Shown here piece after piece: positions 38,831 to 46,585 of a stretch of 64,000 bases of DNA. This stretch comes from Acidobacteriota bacterium. Its GTDB lineage: Bacteria > Acidobacteriota > CAIWXX01. The position numbers and the translations under genes were made by a program. The stretch is taken from assembly GCA_040755995.1 (NCBI GenBank), contig JBFMAF010000010.1:1-64000 (forward strand), written 5' to 3'. Below the pieces are notes generated by a model, which did not search any database, was not told where the DNA came from, and was given only the letters and a program-made list of their open reading frames with translations. The first letter of the stretch is position 1. Every line of letters begins with the position of its first letter.

Positions 38831-40021
38831 GACCCAGTCACCTCCCGGTGTATGTACCCACAGTTTCTCGAGCGACAGTTTAAGACTACCTTGCTCCCTG
38901 CGCAATCCGCCCGTGTGCCAGAATCGTGCGAGCCGGAGGTAGGCCGACCCGAGCACGCCGTCCTGTACGTCACCTGGGCGCCAGGCGGCGGGCAGCCAGA
39001 CGTCAGGAAGCAGAACGTCGCCGACTTCGATCCGAGCCCAGTCCGAGACCTTCAGCCGGATGAGGCCGGCCCACACCGAGGCAGGCCAGATGAGATCGTC
39101 GAGATCGAGGTCGGCCGCCGCCTGCGGCTCGATGACTGGACACAGGATCGTGGTGGCGAGCTCGGTGGCCTGGCGGCTCAGCCAGACACTTGCCAGGAGA
39201 TACGCCGCGTGTCGCAGCTCTTCCGGGGCTTCGCCGGGTGCGATCCACCCGGCGATCTGGACCGGCTGCTGCAGCTTGTCGCTCAACAAGTTGGCAATCT
39301 GGAGGAGCACGAACTGCGCGATGCCTTCTTCCATCGCACTCGTCTCCCACGGCTCGTCCGGCTTGATTTCCGTTATGTGCTGCCAACATGCGCGCATCCA
39401 CACGGACGGGACTCGCACCCACACCGTGTGAGCGCCGCATTGAACCCTCGCCCACCGATCGGACGGGTTCGCGAGCTCACGGAGGGGCGACTTGAAGCGA
39501 GCCGGCTGCAGGCCCGAGGCTCGCACCCGGATCGCCTCGGGCTCGGTCGACGCGTGGGTCTGCTCGATCAGCGTCAACGTGTAAGGCGGGATCTCGATCC
39601 GATCACCGCCGTGCAGCGGCACCGGCGTGAGGGGCTCCAGCTTCTGTCCGTTGCGCCTGGTGCCGTTGGTGCTCTTCAGGTCCATGAGGCAGGCGAGCCC
39701 TCGGTCCATCTGGATCTCAGCGTGCTCAGACGAGACCGTCGGGCCGGGCAGCTGCAAGTGGCATGATTCTCCGCGCCCGATCCGAAAGGGGAAGTACCGT
39801 ACATCCAGATCCCGTTCCCCACCCCGGCGGTCTTTCAGCCGGAGACGCAAGATCACGTCGCCGTGGGAAACGAACGGCCACCACGCTGCCATGGCCTCGG
39901 GCAGCGCTGCACTCACCCGCGCGGCCCAGGGGCGCAGGCTCCGGACCGTGGCATCCACCTTCACCTGCTGCCCAATCTCGGCCGGGTCCACCTCCGGAAG
40001 CCCAATGGCCCAGGACGACAT
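38534..40021 (-). CDS. sctQ: FHA-fused SctQ (C-ring/sorting platform, C-terminal SpoA/FliN domain); start uncertain (40021 or 40078)
   Basis: FHA IGRGESC...VSSEHAEI...DLKSTNG; SpoA-like LKVSDWARIEVGDVL and VTLGDLKKWQVGQVL...AEGRVV...KLGVEILRI; sctP-sctQ-sctR synteny. Confidence 0.88.
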   Translation of the reverse strand: MSSWAIGLPEVDPAEIGQQVKVDATVRSLRPWAARVSAALPEAMAAWWPFVSHGDVILRLRLKDRRGGERDLDVRYFPFRIGRGESCHLQLPGPTVSSEHAEIQMDRGLACLMDLKSTNGTRRNGQKLEPLTPVPLHGGDRIEIPPYTLTLIEQTHASTEPEAIRVRASGLQPARFKSPLRELANPSDRWARVQCGAHTVWVRVPSVWMRACWQHITEIKPDEPWETSAMEEGIAQFVLLQIANLLSDKLQQPVQIAGWIAPGEAPEELRHAAYLLASVWLSRQATELATTILCPVIEPQAAADLDLDDLIWPASVWAGLIRLKVSDWARIEVGDVLLPDVWLPAAWRPGDVQDGVLGSAYLRLARFWHTGGLRREQGSLKLSLEKLWVHTPGGDWVMAEKDAPTGELESVPVQDLELQIAIELDRVPVTLGDLKKWQVGQVLTLQRGADDLVKLVAETGLQRRVLAEGRVVLVHEKLGVEILRILTQFKESAST

Positions 40022-40136
40022 CCCACCGTATGTGCCGGGCTGCACCGTGTCGGATCTCACGCATCGAGTCTCGTCCATCGGGTCACATCCTGTGCGGGGT
40101 GCGGCATCGGTCGATGTAGCACGCAAGGCCGCTTTC

Positions 40137-40184
40137 GCCGCGCCTCGCGCAGAGAGTGGAAAGTAGAGAGTAGAGAGTGGAAAG
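40137..40184 (+). repeat. GC-rich motif + (TRGARAG) x5 tract
   Basis: gccgcgcctcgcg cagagag tggaaag tagagag tagagag tggaaag. Confidence 0.85.
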
Positions 40185-40274
40185 CGTGCCCCTGCGCGAT
40201 CGCGATCGGCGTGGCGCTGCATGAGCGAGGGCGCCCGCATGACCCACTGCTCCGAAAACTTGACTCAATCGCAA

Positions 40275-40313
40275 CGTCTTCCCTCTCCCGTCTTCCGTCT
40301 CCCGTCTCCCGTC
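40275..40313 (+). repeat. 7-mer tract (CGTCTYC) x~5.5
   Basis: cgtcttc cctctcc cgtcttc cgtctcc cgtctcc cgtc. Confidence 0.85.
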
Positions 40314-41249
40314 CTACTTCTGACTTATCTCCTCGATTATCTCTTCCTGTTTTCTCTTGCGTTCCTGTTCCTGCTGCTGCTCCGATCCGCGTTTCTGATC
40401 CAGCTGAGGCTGCCCCGATGACTGGCTCTGGGTCACGACACCCTGCGAGCCGCCTGCCGGGAATTGCGCGTCGCGAGGCGCCTGGGGTTGGATGACGACT
40501 TCGGACGGGCTCACTCGCAGCCGCTCGGCCTGCTGGGCATCCGGCGGCGGCTGCCACTTGAACTCGGATAGATCCGGCGCGCGCACCGTCAACTGCTGCA
40601 GATTCAGACCGCGGGCCTCCAGCCGGCTCGTGAGCTCGCTCATGTGGGTCTTGAGGAGGTCCTGCGCGTCGACAGTCTGCGTCTTGAAGTCGACCTTCAG
40701 CTGCCCGTCGGCGGCGCGATGCAGCTCGACGCTCATGTTCCCGAGCGCCCCCATGTTCAGCTCCATGTGAACCTCGGTCGATCCGCCTGCATTCATGCGG
40801 ACCTGCACCGCATCCACGATCTGGTTCGCTATTCGCTGGATCTGTGCGACGGCATCGGTGGTGCTCAGGCCGGCGGCCGCCTTGACCTCGATCTGTTGCA
40901 TCGCGGCCTGGAAGCTGAACGGGATCATCATGTCGCCCGGCACTGGGCGGCGGTGCAGGGCCTCCTGCTGCGAAGACTGCCCCGAGCCGCCTCGTCCTTC
41001 GCCCTCGCCCGACTGCTCTCCCTCGCGCCGCTCATGACGGCGTTCTACACCGTGCTCGGTCGCCCGGGCTGTTTCGGGCTTGTCTCCACTGCCTGTCGCC
41101 TTGGCCTCGCCCTTCCCCGTCCCTTCTCCGGCGTCCGCCTTCCTGTCCATCACCCGGTCGAACTCGGCCTCACCCCCTTTGTCCACCTCGGCGGCCGTCT
41201 CAGGTGGGGGTGTCGGCGCCATTGGTCCCGTGCTGTCCACCTTAGTCAT
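40314..41249 (-). CDS. sctP: SctP/FliK-like length-control protein
   Basis: disordered N-terminus; FliK_C-like EVHMELNMGALGNMSVEL...LKVDF...ELTSRLEARGL; position after sctO. Confidence 0.75.
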   Translation of the reverse strand: MTKVDSTGPMAPTPPPETAAEVDKGGEAEFDRVMDRKADAGEGTGKGEAKATGSGDKPETARATEHGVERRHERREGEQSGEGEGRGGSGQSSQQEALHRRPVPGDMMIPFSFQAAMQQIEVKAAAGLSTTDAVAQIQRIANQIVDAVQVRMNAGGSTEVHMELNMGALGNMSVELHRAADGQLKVDFKTQTVDAQDLLKTHMSELTSRLEARGLNLQQLTVRAPDLSEFKWQPPPDAQQAERLRVSPSEVVIQPQAPRDAQFPAGGSQGVVTQSQSSGQPQLDQKRGSEQQQEQERKRKQEEIIEEISQK

Positions 41250-41254
41250 GGACC

Positions 41255-41310
41255 TTCTCCGTTTCTCCGGTTCTCCGATTCCCCGGCTCTCCGTTTCTCC
41301 GATTCTCCCC
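41255..41310 (+). repeat. 8-mer tract (TTCTCCGN) x7 filling the sctO-sctP spacer
   Basis: ttctccgt ttctccgg ttctccga ttccccgg ctctccgt ttctccga ttctcccc. Confidence 0.92.
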
Positions 41311-41312
41311 CG

Positions 41313-41828
41313 CTACTCGCCTTCCTCTTCGGCGGTCTCAGCCCTGTCCCTCACGAATCGCGCGAGGGCAATCTCCTCTCCAAGCTTCTGCTCCTTCTGC
41401 TGCATCTCCAACTTCCACTCGTTGAACCACTTCTCCCGGTGCTTCTCGATCGCCTTGAGAGCCTTGTCCGCCTCGATCAGCTCGCTCTTCCTCTCTTCCA
41501 CTTTCTGCTCCGCCTGCTGCACCACCTGCTTCTGAGCCTCGATCGCAGCGTCGTTCTCCTTGATGGCGTAATCGATGTGTTGGATGCCGTTCTTCCGCTG
41601 CTCTACCGCCGGAATCGACAGCATCCCCTTCTCGTCAGGATCGTACAGGTGCGCAACTCGATCGGCTCGCGTCTCCAGCAGCGTCTGTCGTTTCGTCTCG
41701 AGTTCCTTGAGCTTCTGCTGTTCCCGCTGCACCTCTTGCATCGCCTGCGCGAGCGCCTTCTTCGCGCTCTCCTTGGCGCGACCGCGCTGGTCCAGCACCG
41801 TTTGAAGCGGATATTTCGGAGGTTTCAT
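41313..41828 (-). CDS. sctO: SctO/FliJ-like stalk protein
   Basis: KYPLQTVL..R start, all coiled coil, KAIEKHREKW...EQK..EEIA; directly after sctN. Confidence 0.85.
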   Translation of the reverse strand: MKPPKYPLQTVLDQRGRAKESAKKALAQAMQEVQREQQKLKELETKRQTLLETRADRVAHLYDPDEKGMLSIPAVEQRKNGIQHIDYAIKENDAAIEAQKQVVQQAEQKVEERKSELIEADKALKAIEKHREKWFNEWKLEMQQKEQKLGEEIALARFVRDRAETAEEEGE

Positions 41829-41862
41829 ATAAAGTATGAAGTGTGAAGTATGAAGTATGAAG
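41829..41862 (+). repeat. 7-mer tract (TATGAAG) x~5 abutting the sctO start codon
   Basis: ataaag tatgaag tgtgaag tatgaag tatgaag. Confidence 0.88.
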
Positions 41863-41914
41863 CAGGTAGTCGGTAGCCCGGAATCAAGTTGATCTCTGAG
41901 ATTCGCGGGAGCAT

Positions 41915-43261
41915 CTACTTCAGGCCTCCGACCACCTTCATCCGCTCGATCGTCTCCTGGAAGTCGTCCTTCTCGTTAGTGCTCTGCTTCAGAAACCCCT
42001 CGACATCACGAATTCGATCGATGGCCTCGTCGACGCGCGCGTCGGAGCCGCGCTTGTAAGCCCCCAGCAAGACGAGGTCGCGGTTCTTCTCGTAGTTGGC
42101 GATGAGCTCGCGCGTCTTCTGCGCGGCCTTGAGATGATCCTGGGTTGCGACCGCGGTCATCACGCGGCTGGCGCTGCGCAGCACGTCGATCGCGGGGAAA
42201 TGGCCGCGCGCCGAGAGCTCGCGCGACAGAATCAGGTGGCCGTCCAGAATCGAGCGGACCTCGTCGGCCACCGGCTCAGTCATGTCGTCGCCCTCGACGA
42301 GCACGGTGTAGAAGGCGGTGATCGAGCCCTTCTGCGAGTTGCCGGCGCGCTCCAGAAGCTTCGGCAGCGTCGCGAAGACCGACGGCGGGAACCCCGCGCG
42401 GGCCGGAGGCTCTCCGATGGCGAGCCCCACCTCGCGTTGCGACCGCGCGAAGCGCGTCACCGAGTCCATCATCAGGATCACCTTCTTCCCCTGATCTCGG
42501 AAGTACTCCGCGACGGCCGTGGCCACGTAGGCGGATTTCAAGCGAACAAGCGATGGCTGGTCGGACGTGGCGACGACGGTCACCGATCTGGCCATGCCCT
42601 CCTCACCCAGGGATTCCTCGATGAAATCCATTACCTCGCGACCGCGCTCGCCGATCAGGGCGATCACGTTCACGTCTGCCACGGTGTTGCGTGCCAGCAT
42701 GCCGAGCAGCGTCGATTTGCCGCCGCCGGCGGCTGCGAAGACACCCATGCGCTGCCCTTCGCCGATCGTCAAGAGAGAATCGATCACGCGGACTCCGACA
42801 GGGAACGGGCTCAGGACGCGTTTCCGCTTCATCGGATCCGGCGGCGGTGCGTAGATCGGGTATTCGACGGTGTTGGTGACGTCTATCGGACCCTTGCCGT
42901 CGAACGGCTCGCCCAATCCGTTCAGCACGCGCCCCAGCAGCGACGCGCCGACTCGCACCGTCATCACGTTGCCCGTCGGCCTGACCTCGCTGTCGGGGCC
43001 GATTCCGGTGAGCTCGCCCAGGGCCATGAGATAGACAAGATCGTTCTTGAAGCCGACGACCTCGGCGCGAACGGGTTGGTCGCGCAACGGGGTCTCGATG
43101 TAGCACAGCTCGCCCATGCGCACTCCCGGTACGCGGGCCTTGATGACAAGGCCCGTCACCTCGACAACCCGGCCCCGGACCTCGATCGGAGTGACCTCGT
43201 CGATCAGTTGGAGGTATGGGGTAAGGTCGAGGTCAACCACGCCCTGCTGTGTTTCAATCAT
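41915..43261 (-). CDS. sctN: T3SS ATPase SctN
   Basis: [53 protein letters not shown]. Confidence 0.96.
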   Translation of the reverse strand: MIETQQGVVDLDLTPYLQLIDEVTPIEVRGRVVEVTGLVIKARVPGVRMGELCYIETPLRDQPVRAEVVGFKNDLVYLMALGELTGIGPDSEVRPTGNVMTVRVGASLLGRVLNGLGEPFDGKGPIDVTNTVEYPIYAPPPDPMKRKRVLSPFPVGVRVIDSLLTIGEGQRMGVFAAAGGGKSTLLGMLARNTVADVNVIALIGERGREVMDFIEESLGEEGMARSVTVVATSDQPSLVRLKSAYVATAVAEYFRDQGKKVILMMDSVTRFARSQREVGLAIGEPPARAGFPPSVFATLPKLLERAGNSQKGSITAFYTVLVEGDDMTEPVADEVRSILDGHLILSRELSARGHFPAIDVLRSASRVMTAVATQDHLKAAQKTRELIANYEKNRDLVLLGAYKRGSDARVDEAIDRIRDVEGFLKQSTNEKDDFQETIERMKVVGGLK

Positions 43262-43524
43262 GAGCACGCCTCCAACCCATTATCACCGATCGCCGCCCGG
43301 ATGTTGCCTGTGCGGGGCCCGAGAAACGGTGACGTGGCTCTGGGATGGTGAACGCAGGCAGAGTCATAACCGCCGGACCCTCCAGGCCCAGGTTCACGTC
43401 TACGCCCGGCAGACACTCGTGCGTCCTCCGGCCGTCTGCACCACTCCCTCATACCAGATTCTTTTCTGCCCTTCTTCAGTTGTCAATGAAACCCGCCAGG
43501 ATGGCGCCCCCGATGCGGATTGGA

Positions 43525-44175
43525 TCAAGGGGTAGACGATTCGGCCTCCCCAAGCAGGTGTCGCTCCATCACCCGGATCTGCGTCTCGATTGTCGTGTCG
43601 ACCATCCCGAATTCCGTCTCGATGCGGCAGCCGCCTCGCTGTAGCGTGTCGTCGGGGACGATGTCCAGGCTGCCGAGGAACGGATTGCGCTCCAGCCACT
43701 TCTGGCGGCGCGCTTCCAGGATCTCTTTGTCCTGCGGGTGGACGCGCAGAATGATCCGCATCTGCTGCTGCCCGCGGAGTGATCGGATCGCCTCGTCGAC
43801 CATCCCTACCAGCAGCTCAGGCGAAGCCTCCAGCTTCTGGCGCACGATCTTCTCAGCGACGCGTATAGCCAATCGGATGACCTGTGGTTTGGCCTGTTCC
43901 ACCAATCCCTTCATCCCCTCCTGCACGCGTTGGATCTGCGCGAGCCATTCGGCCATGCCCTTCTCGTAGCCGGCCTGGCGGCCTTCCTGCAGGGTCTTGT
44001 CGCGGACCTCCTGGGCGGACAGCAGGATCTGATCTGCCTGGGCCTTGGCGGCCTCGATGATTCGTCTCGCCCGATCGGCCGCCTCGATGACCTCGCGGTC
44101 GATGATCTTGCCGGGTGCTGGAAGAGGTGATGCGGATTCGGGTTCGTCCGTTGGTCTCTTGATGATCTTGGTCAT
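43525..44175 (-). CDS. sctL: SctL/FliH-like stator
   Basis: EGRQAGYEKG, LAIRVAEKIV, LRVHPQD, DDTLQRGGCRIETEFG.VD. Confidence 0.92.
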   Translation of the reverse strand: MTKIIKRPTDEPESASPLPAPGKIIDREVIEAADRARRIIEAAKAQADQILLSAQEVRDKTLQEGRQAGYEKGMAEWLAQIQRVQEGMKGLVEQAKPQVIRLAIRVAEKIVRQKLEASPELLVGMVDEAIRSLRGQQQMRIILRVHPQDKEILEARRQKWLERNPFLGSLDIVPDDTLQRGGCRIETEFGMVDTTIETQIRVMERHLLGEAESSTP

Positions 44176-45152
44176 TTGGATTGCTCGTCATCCGCGAGCG
44201 CCACACGGATCTGTCCCGTCTGGTTCAGCTCCTGTAGCGTCTCACGCAATCTCTGTATCCACTCGTCGATAGAGGGCTGCACCGGCGTCGAGAGCCATTC
44301 GGGGTGGCCGGCCAGTGCATCGAGCGCAAACTGTCCTACGCTGCGCGGCAGGCGGTAGGCAAGGCGCCTCAGGTGGAGTCCCTGCCCACGCATCAGACCG
44401 CATCGCAGCCAATCGGCCACGGCCATTCGAGTAACGCGTTTCGCGAGGCTGGGATAGGATTTCTCCAGCTCCTTGTAAACGACCGGCCAGAACGGATCGT
44501 CCAACCACTTCTTGCTCTGGATGATTGCAGTGGCGATCGTCTGGAGCTCCGCGGGCAGTTGCCACATGAGCTGCTGCGCCTCGGATCGAGGGAGTTTGCG
44601 GATGCAGCTCACCAGGCCCGCCGTGCCATGGAGGCGGAGTACCGCGGCGAGCTCGGCATCGCTCATCTCGCAAAGGCTGCCCGGCAAGTCTGCGTCGCTG
44701 TGAGTCTTCTCCGCCGGCGGGAGGTCGGGGTAGCCGAGCCGCCGTTTGACATAGTTCGACAGCCAGATAGTCCACCATCTCGGCATCACGCCCTCGATGA
44801 TCTTCGTCTTCCCGGCGGGCGGCAGGCGTCTCTTCAACCTCTCGCGCGAATCGCCCGGCAAGCATTCCAGTGCCCACAAGCGCCACTGCGCAGGCCACTC
44901 CTGCATCAGATGGCCGATCCACGTGGGGTGGATGAGCGACCACGGAATGGTCATGGCCTTCATCGTGAGAACACGCAGCAGCTGTTTCTGAGCCTCTGGG
45001 GGCAACCCGCATAGGTGCTCGGCCATCCTTCGGACCTGCTCGGGATTCGCCTCGTCGCCGGGCGAGGCGCCGGGCAGGCGCGGCAGCACGGCCCCCTGGC
45101 TGGATTTGAGTGCCGCATACGTGAACGACAGGTGGGTCAGCGGGCTGTACAT
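44172..45152 (-). CDS. hypothetical protein in SctK position (between sctJ and sctL)
   Basis: IHPTWI motif, helical composition; stop overlaps sctL start; start set at MYSPL because the longer ORF only translates the repeat tract. Confidence 0.6.
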   Translation of the reverse strand: MYSPLTHLSFTYAALKSSQGAVLPRLPGASPGDEANPEQVRRMAEHLCGLPPEAQKQLLRVLTMKAMTIPWSLIHPTWIGHLMQEWPAQWRLWALECLPGDSRERLKRRLPPAGKTKIIEGVMPRWWTIWLSNYVKRRLGYPDLPPAEKTHSDADLPGSLCEMSDAELAAVLRLHGTAGLVSCIRKLPRSEAQQLMWQLPAELQTIATAIIQSKKWLDDPFWPVVYKELEKSYPSLAKRVTRMAVADWLRCGLMRGQGLHLRRLAYRLPRSVGQFALDALAGHPEWLSTPVQPSIDEWIQRLRETLQELNQTGQIRVALADDEQSK

Positions 45153-45166
45153 CGGGCCCCTAGCAA

Positions 45167-45225
45167 GCCGCGGCCTCGCGCGGAGAAGAGTAGAGAGTGG
45201 GGAGTGGAGAGTGGAGAGTGGACAG
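45167..45225 (+). repeat. GC-rich motif + (TGGAGAG) x~6 tract
   Basis: gccgcggcctcgcgcgg agaagag tagagag tggggag tggagag tggagag tggacag. Confidence 0.85.
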
Positions 45226-45352
45226 CTACCGGTACGCACCCCGGTTTGGTATCGTTATGACGCACCGCGGCAGAATCGTGACTCACTTGAAACATCGCTG
45301 ACGCGAGTCCGCGCCCGCTGCTCACCTTCGCCTCAGTCATCGCGGCCGGCTG

Positions 45353-46174
45353 CTACGCGCGGGGCTGCCGTTGCACGGACTGGAGCTGCCGCTGAGCCAT
45401 GGCGTGTTCGTAGCGGATCTGGCTCAGGACGCGCCCCTGCCAGAAGAGCAGCCCGCCCATCAGCAGCAGCAGGAGGACGAAGATGGCCGTGATTATCTTC
45501 AGCGTGATCATGGATGTGCGGGCCACCATCAGGGGGCCGAATGCCACGAAGTCCTGGAAGCCTTGGGAAGGGGCCATCTGGATGGGCTTCATCACGACGC
45601 TGACGCTTTCCGGCTTCAGGCCGGAGACGCCGTTGCCCACGATCTTCTGCACCTCGTCCTGCCGGATCGGAGTCTGCCCGGCGGAGTCGGGCCGGTACTC
45701 GATCATCACCGACGCCTTCGCCTCGCCCCTGATCTGCCCGGTGATGTCTTCTTCAGGAAGTACGACGTGGACGCGGGCTGCGATTACGCCGGTGACCGCC
45801 TCGAGCGTGTGGGAGAGCTCTCCCTGCAGGGCTTCGAGGTACAGGGCCTTCTCTTCGATCGGCGCGACGACCAGCTTGCTCTTGCCGAAAACGTCCTGGA
45901 ATCGCCGCCCTGGTGATGTCGGCAGCCGGTACTCCTGCAGAACGCCCCACACCTTGACTGTGTCTCGTCGCGGCACGACGACACGCCACGTGTTGTTCTC
46001 GGCGTTCTCGATCTCCTTGGTCGCGACGACACCCTGCTCCTGCAGCACCGCGATCACGCGATTGGCCTCCGTCTCGGAGACGTCGTGCAGGACGGCCGAA
46101 TTGCATCCGGCAAGGAACAGAAGCGAAACGCACAGCAGCGCCAGCAGCTGGGATTTGATTGCCTTCTCTTGCAT
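45353..46174 (-). CDS. sctJ: T3SS inner-ring lipoprotein SctJ
   Basis: lipobox LAGC, SETEANRVIAVL, ELSHTL...GVIAARVHVVLP, AKASV, GLKPESVSVV, C-terminal TM. Confidence 0.94.
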   Translation of the reverse strand: MQEKAIKSQLLALLCVSLLFLAGCNSAVLHDVSETEANRVIAVLQEQGVVATKEIENAENNTWRVVVPRRDTVKVWGVLQEYRLPTSPGRRFQDVFGKSKLVVAPIEEKALYLEALQGELSHTLEAVTGVIAARVHVVLPEEDITGQIRGEAKASVMIEYRPDSAGQTPIRQDEVQKIVGNGVSGLKPESVSVVMKPIQMAPSQGFQDFVAFGPLMVARTSMITLKIITAIFVLLLLLMGGLLFWQGRVLSQIRYEHAMAQRQLQSVQRQPRA

Positions 46175-46263
46175 GTCCTCCCCCACGAAGCACTATTCTA
46201 CTTGCTAAGCAAAGATCATAGACCAACCATCGCGCAAAGTCCATTTGGAGAGATACTGAGTAT

Positions 46264-46345
46264 TGTGTGCTCAGTGCTCAGTGCGCCCAGAACCGTGAAC
46301 CGAGAACCGGGAACCGTGAACCGCGAGCCGGGAACCGTGAACCGA
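46264..46345 (+). repeat. 7-mer tracts (TCAGTGC) x3 and (GAACCGN) x8 in the divergent sctJ/TonB-receptor spacer
   Basis: gaaccgt gaaccga gaaccgg gaaccgt gaaccgc gagccgg gaaccgt gaaccga. Confidence 0.9.
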
Positions 46346-46585
46346 GATCTGGAATCCAATCGGTTGAAGCAAATCCAATGTTTTGGATCACGGGGCCGGT
46401 CATGTTGAGCTATGTTGCTGAAAACGTAGCCCAAAGCATTGGCATCGTTCTTGCGTACATCCGGGGTGATGCAGGTGTTTTTGATGAAACTTCGAAAGGG
46501 GGTGGGAGCCACCATCATCAGAACGGCAGCAATCATGAGCGATTCAACAAGCAATTCAAGCTTAGCATTAAAGGAGGCTAACTTA

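Noticed and set aside
40022..40240. N-terminal extensions of sctQ (and of the sctK-like ORF, 45153-45239)
   Set aside because: they largely translate repeat tracts (PLSTL...); downstream starts are more plausible
43458..43486. internal promoter upstream of sctN (TTGACA-17-AAGAAT)
   Set aside because: weak -10; cannot be supported without transcription data
32626..46174. flagellar export operon
   Set aside because: SctJ-type lipoprotein instead of FliF; no fliG/fliE/flg/mot/flagellin genes; order N-O-P-Q-R-S-T-U is injectisome-like
32603..46345. CRISPR array interpretation of the intergenic repeats
   Set aside because: units are 7-8 bp tandem with no spacers, and no cas genes are present
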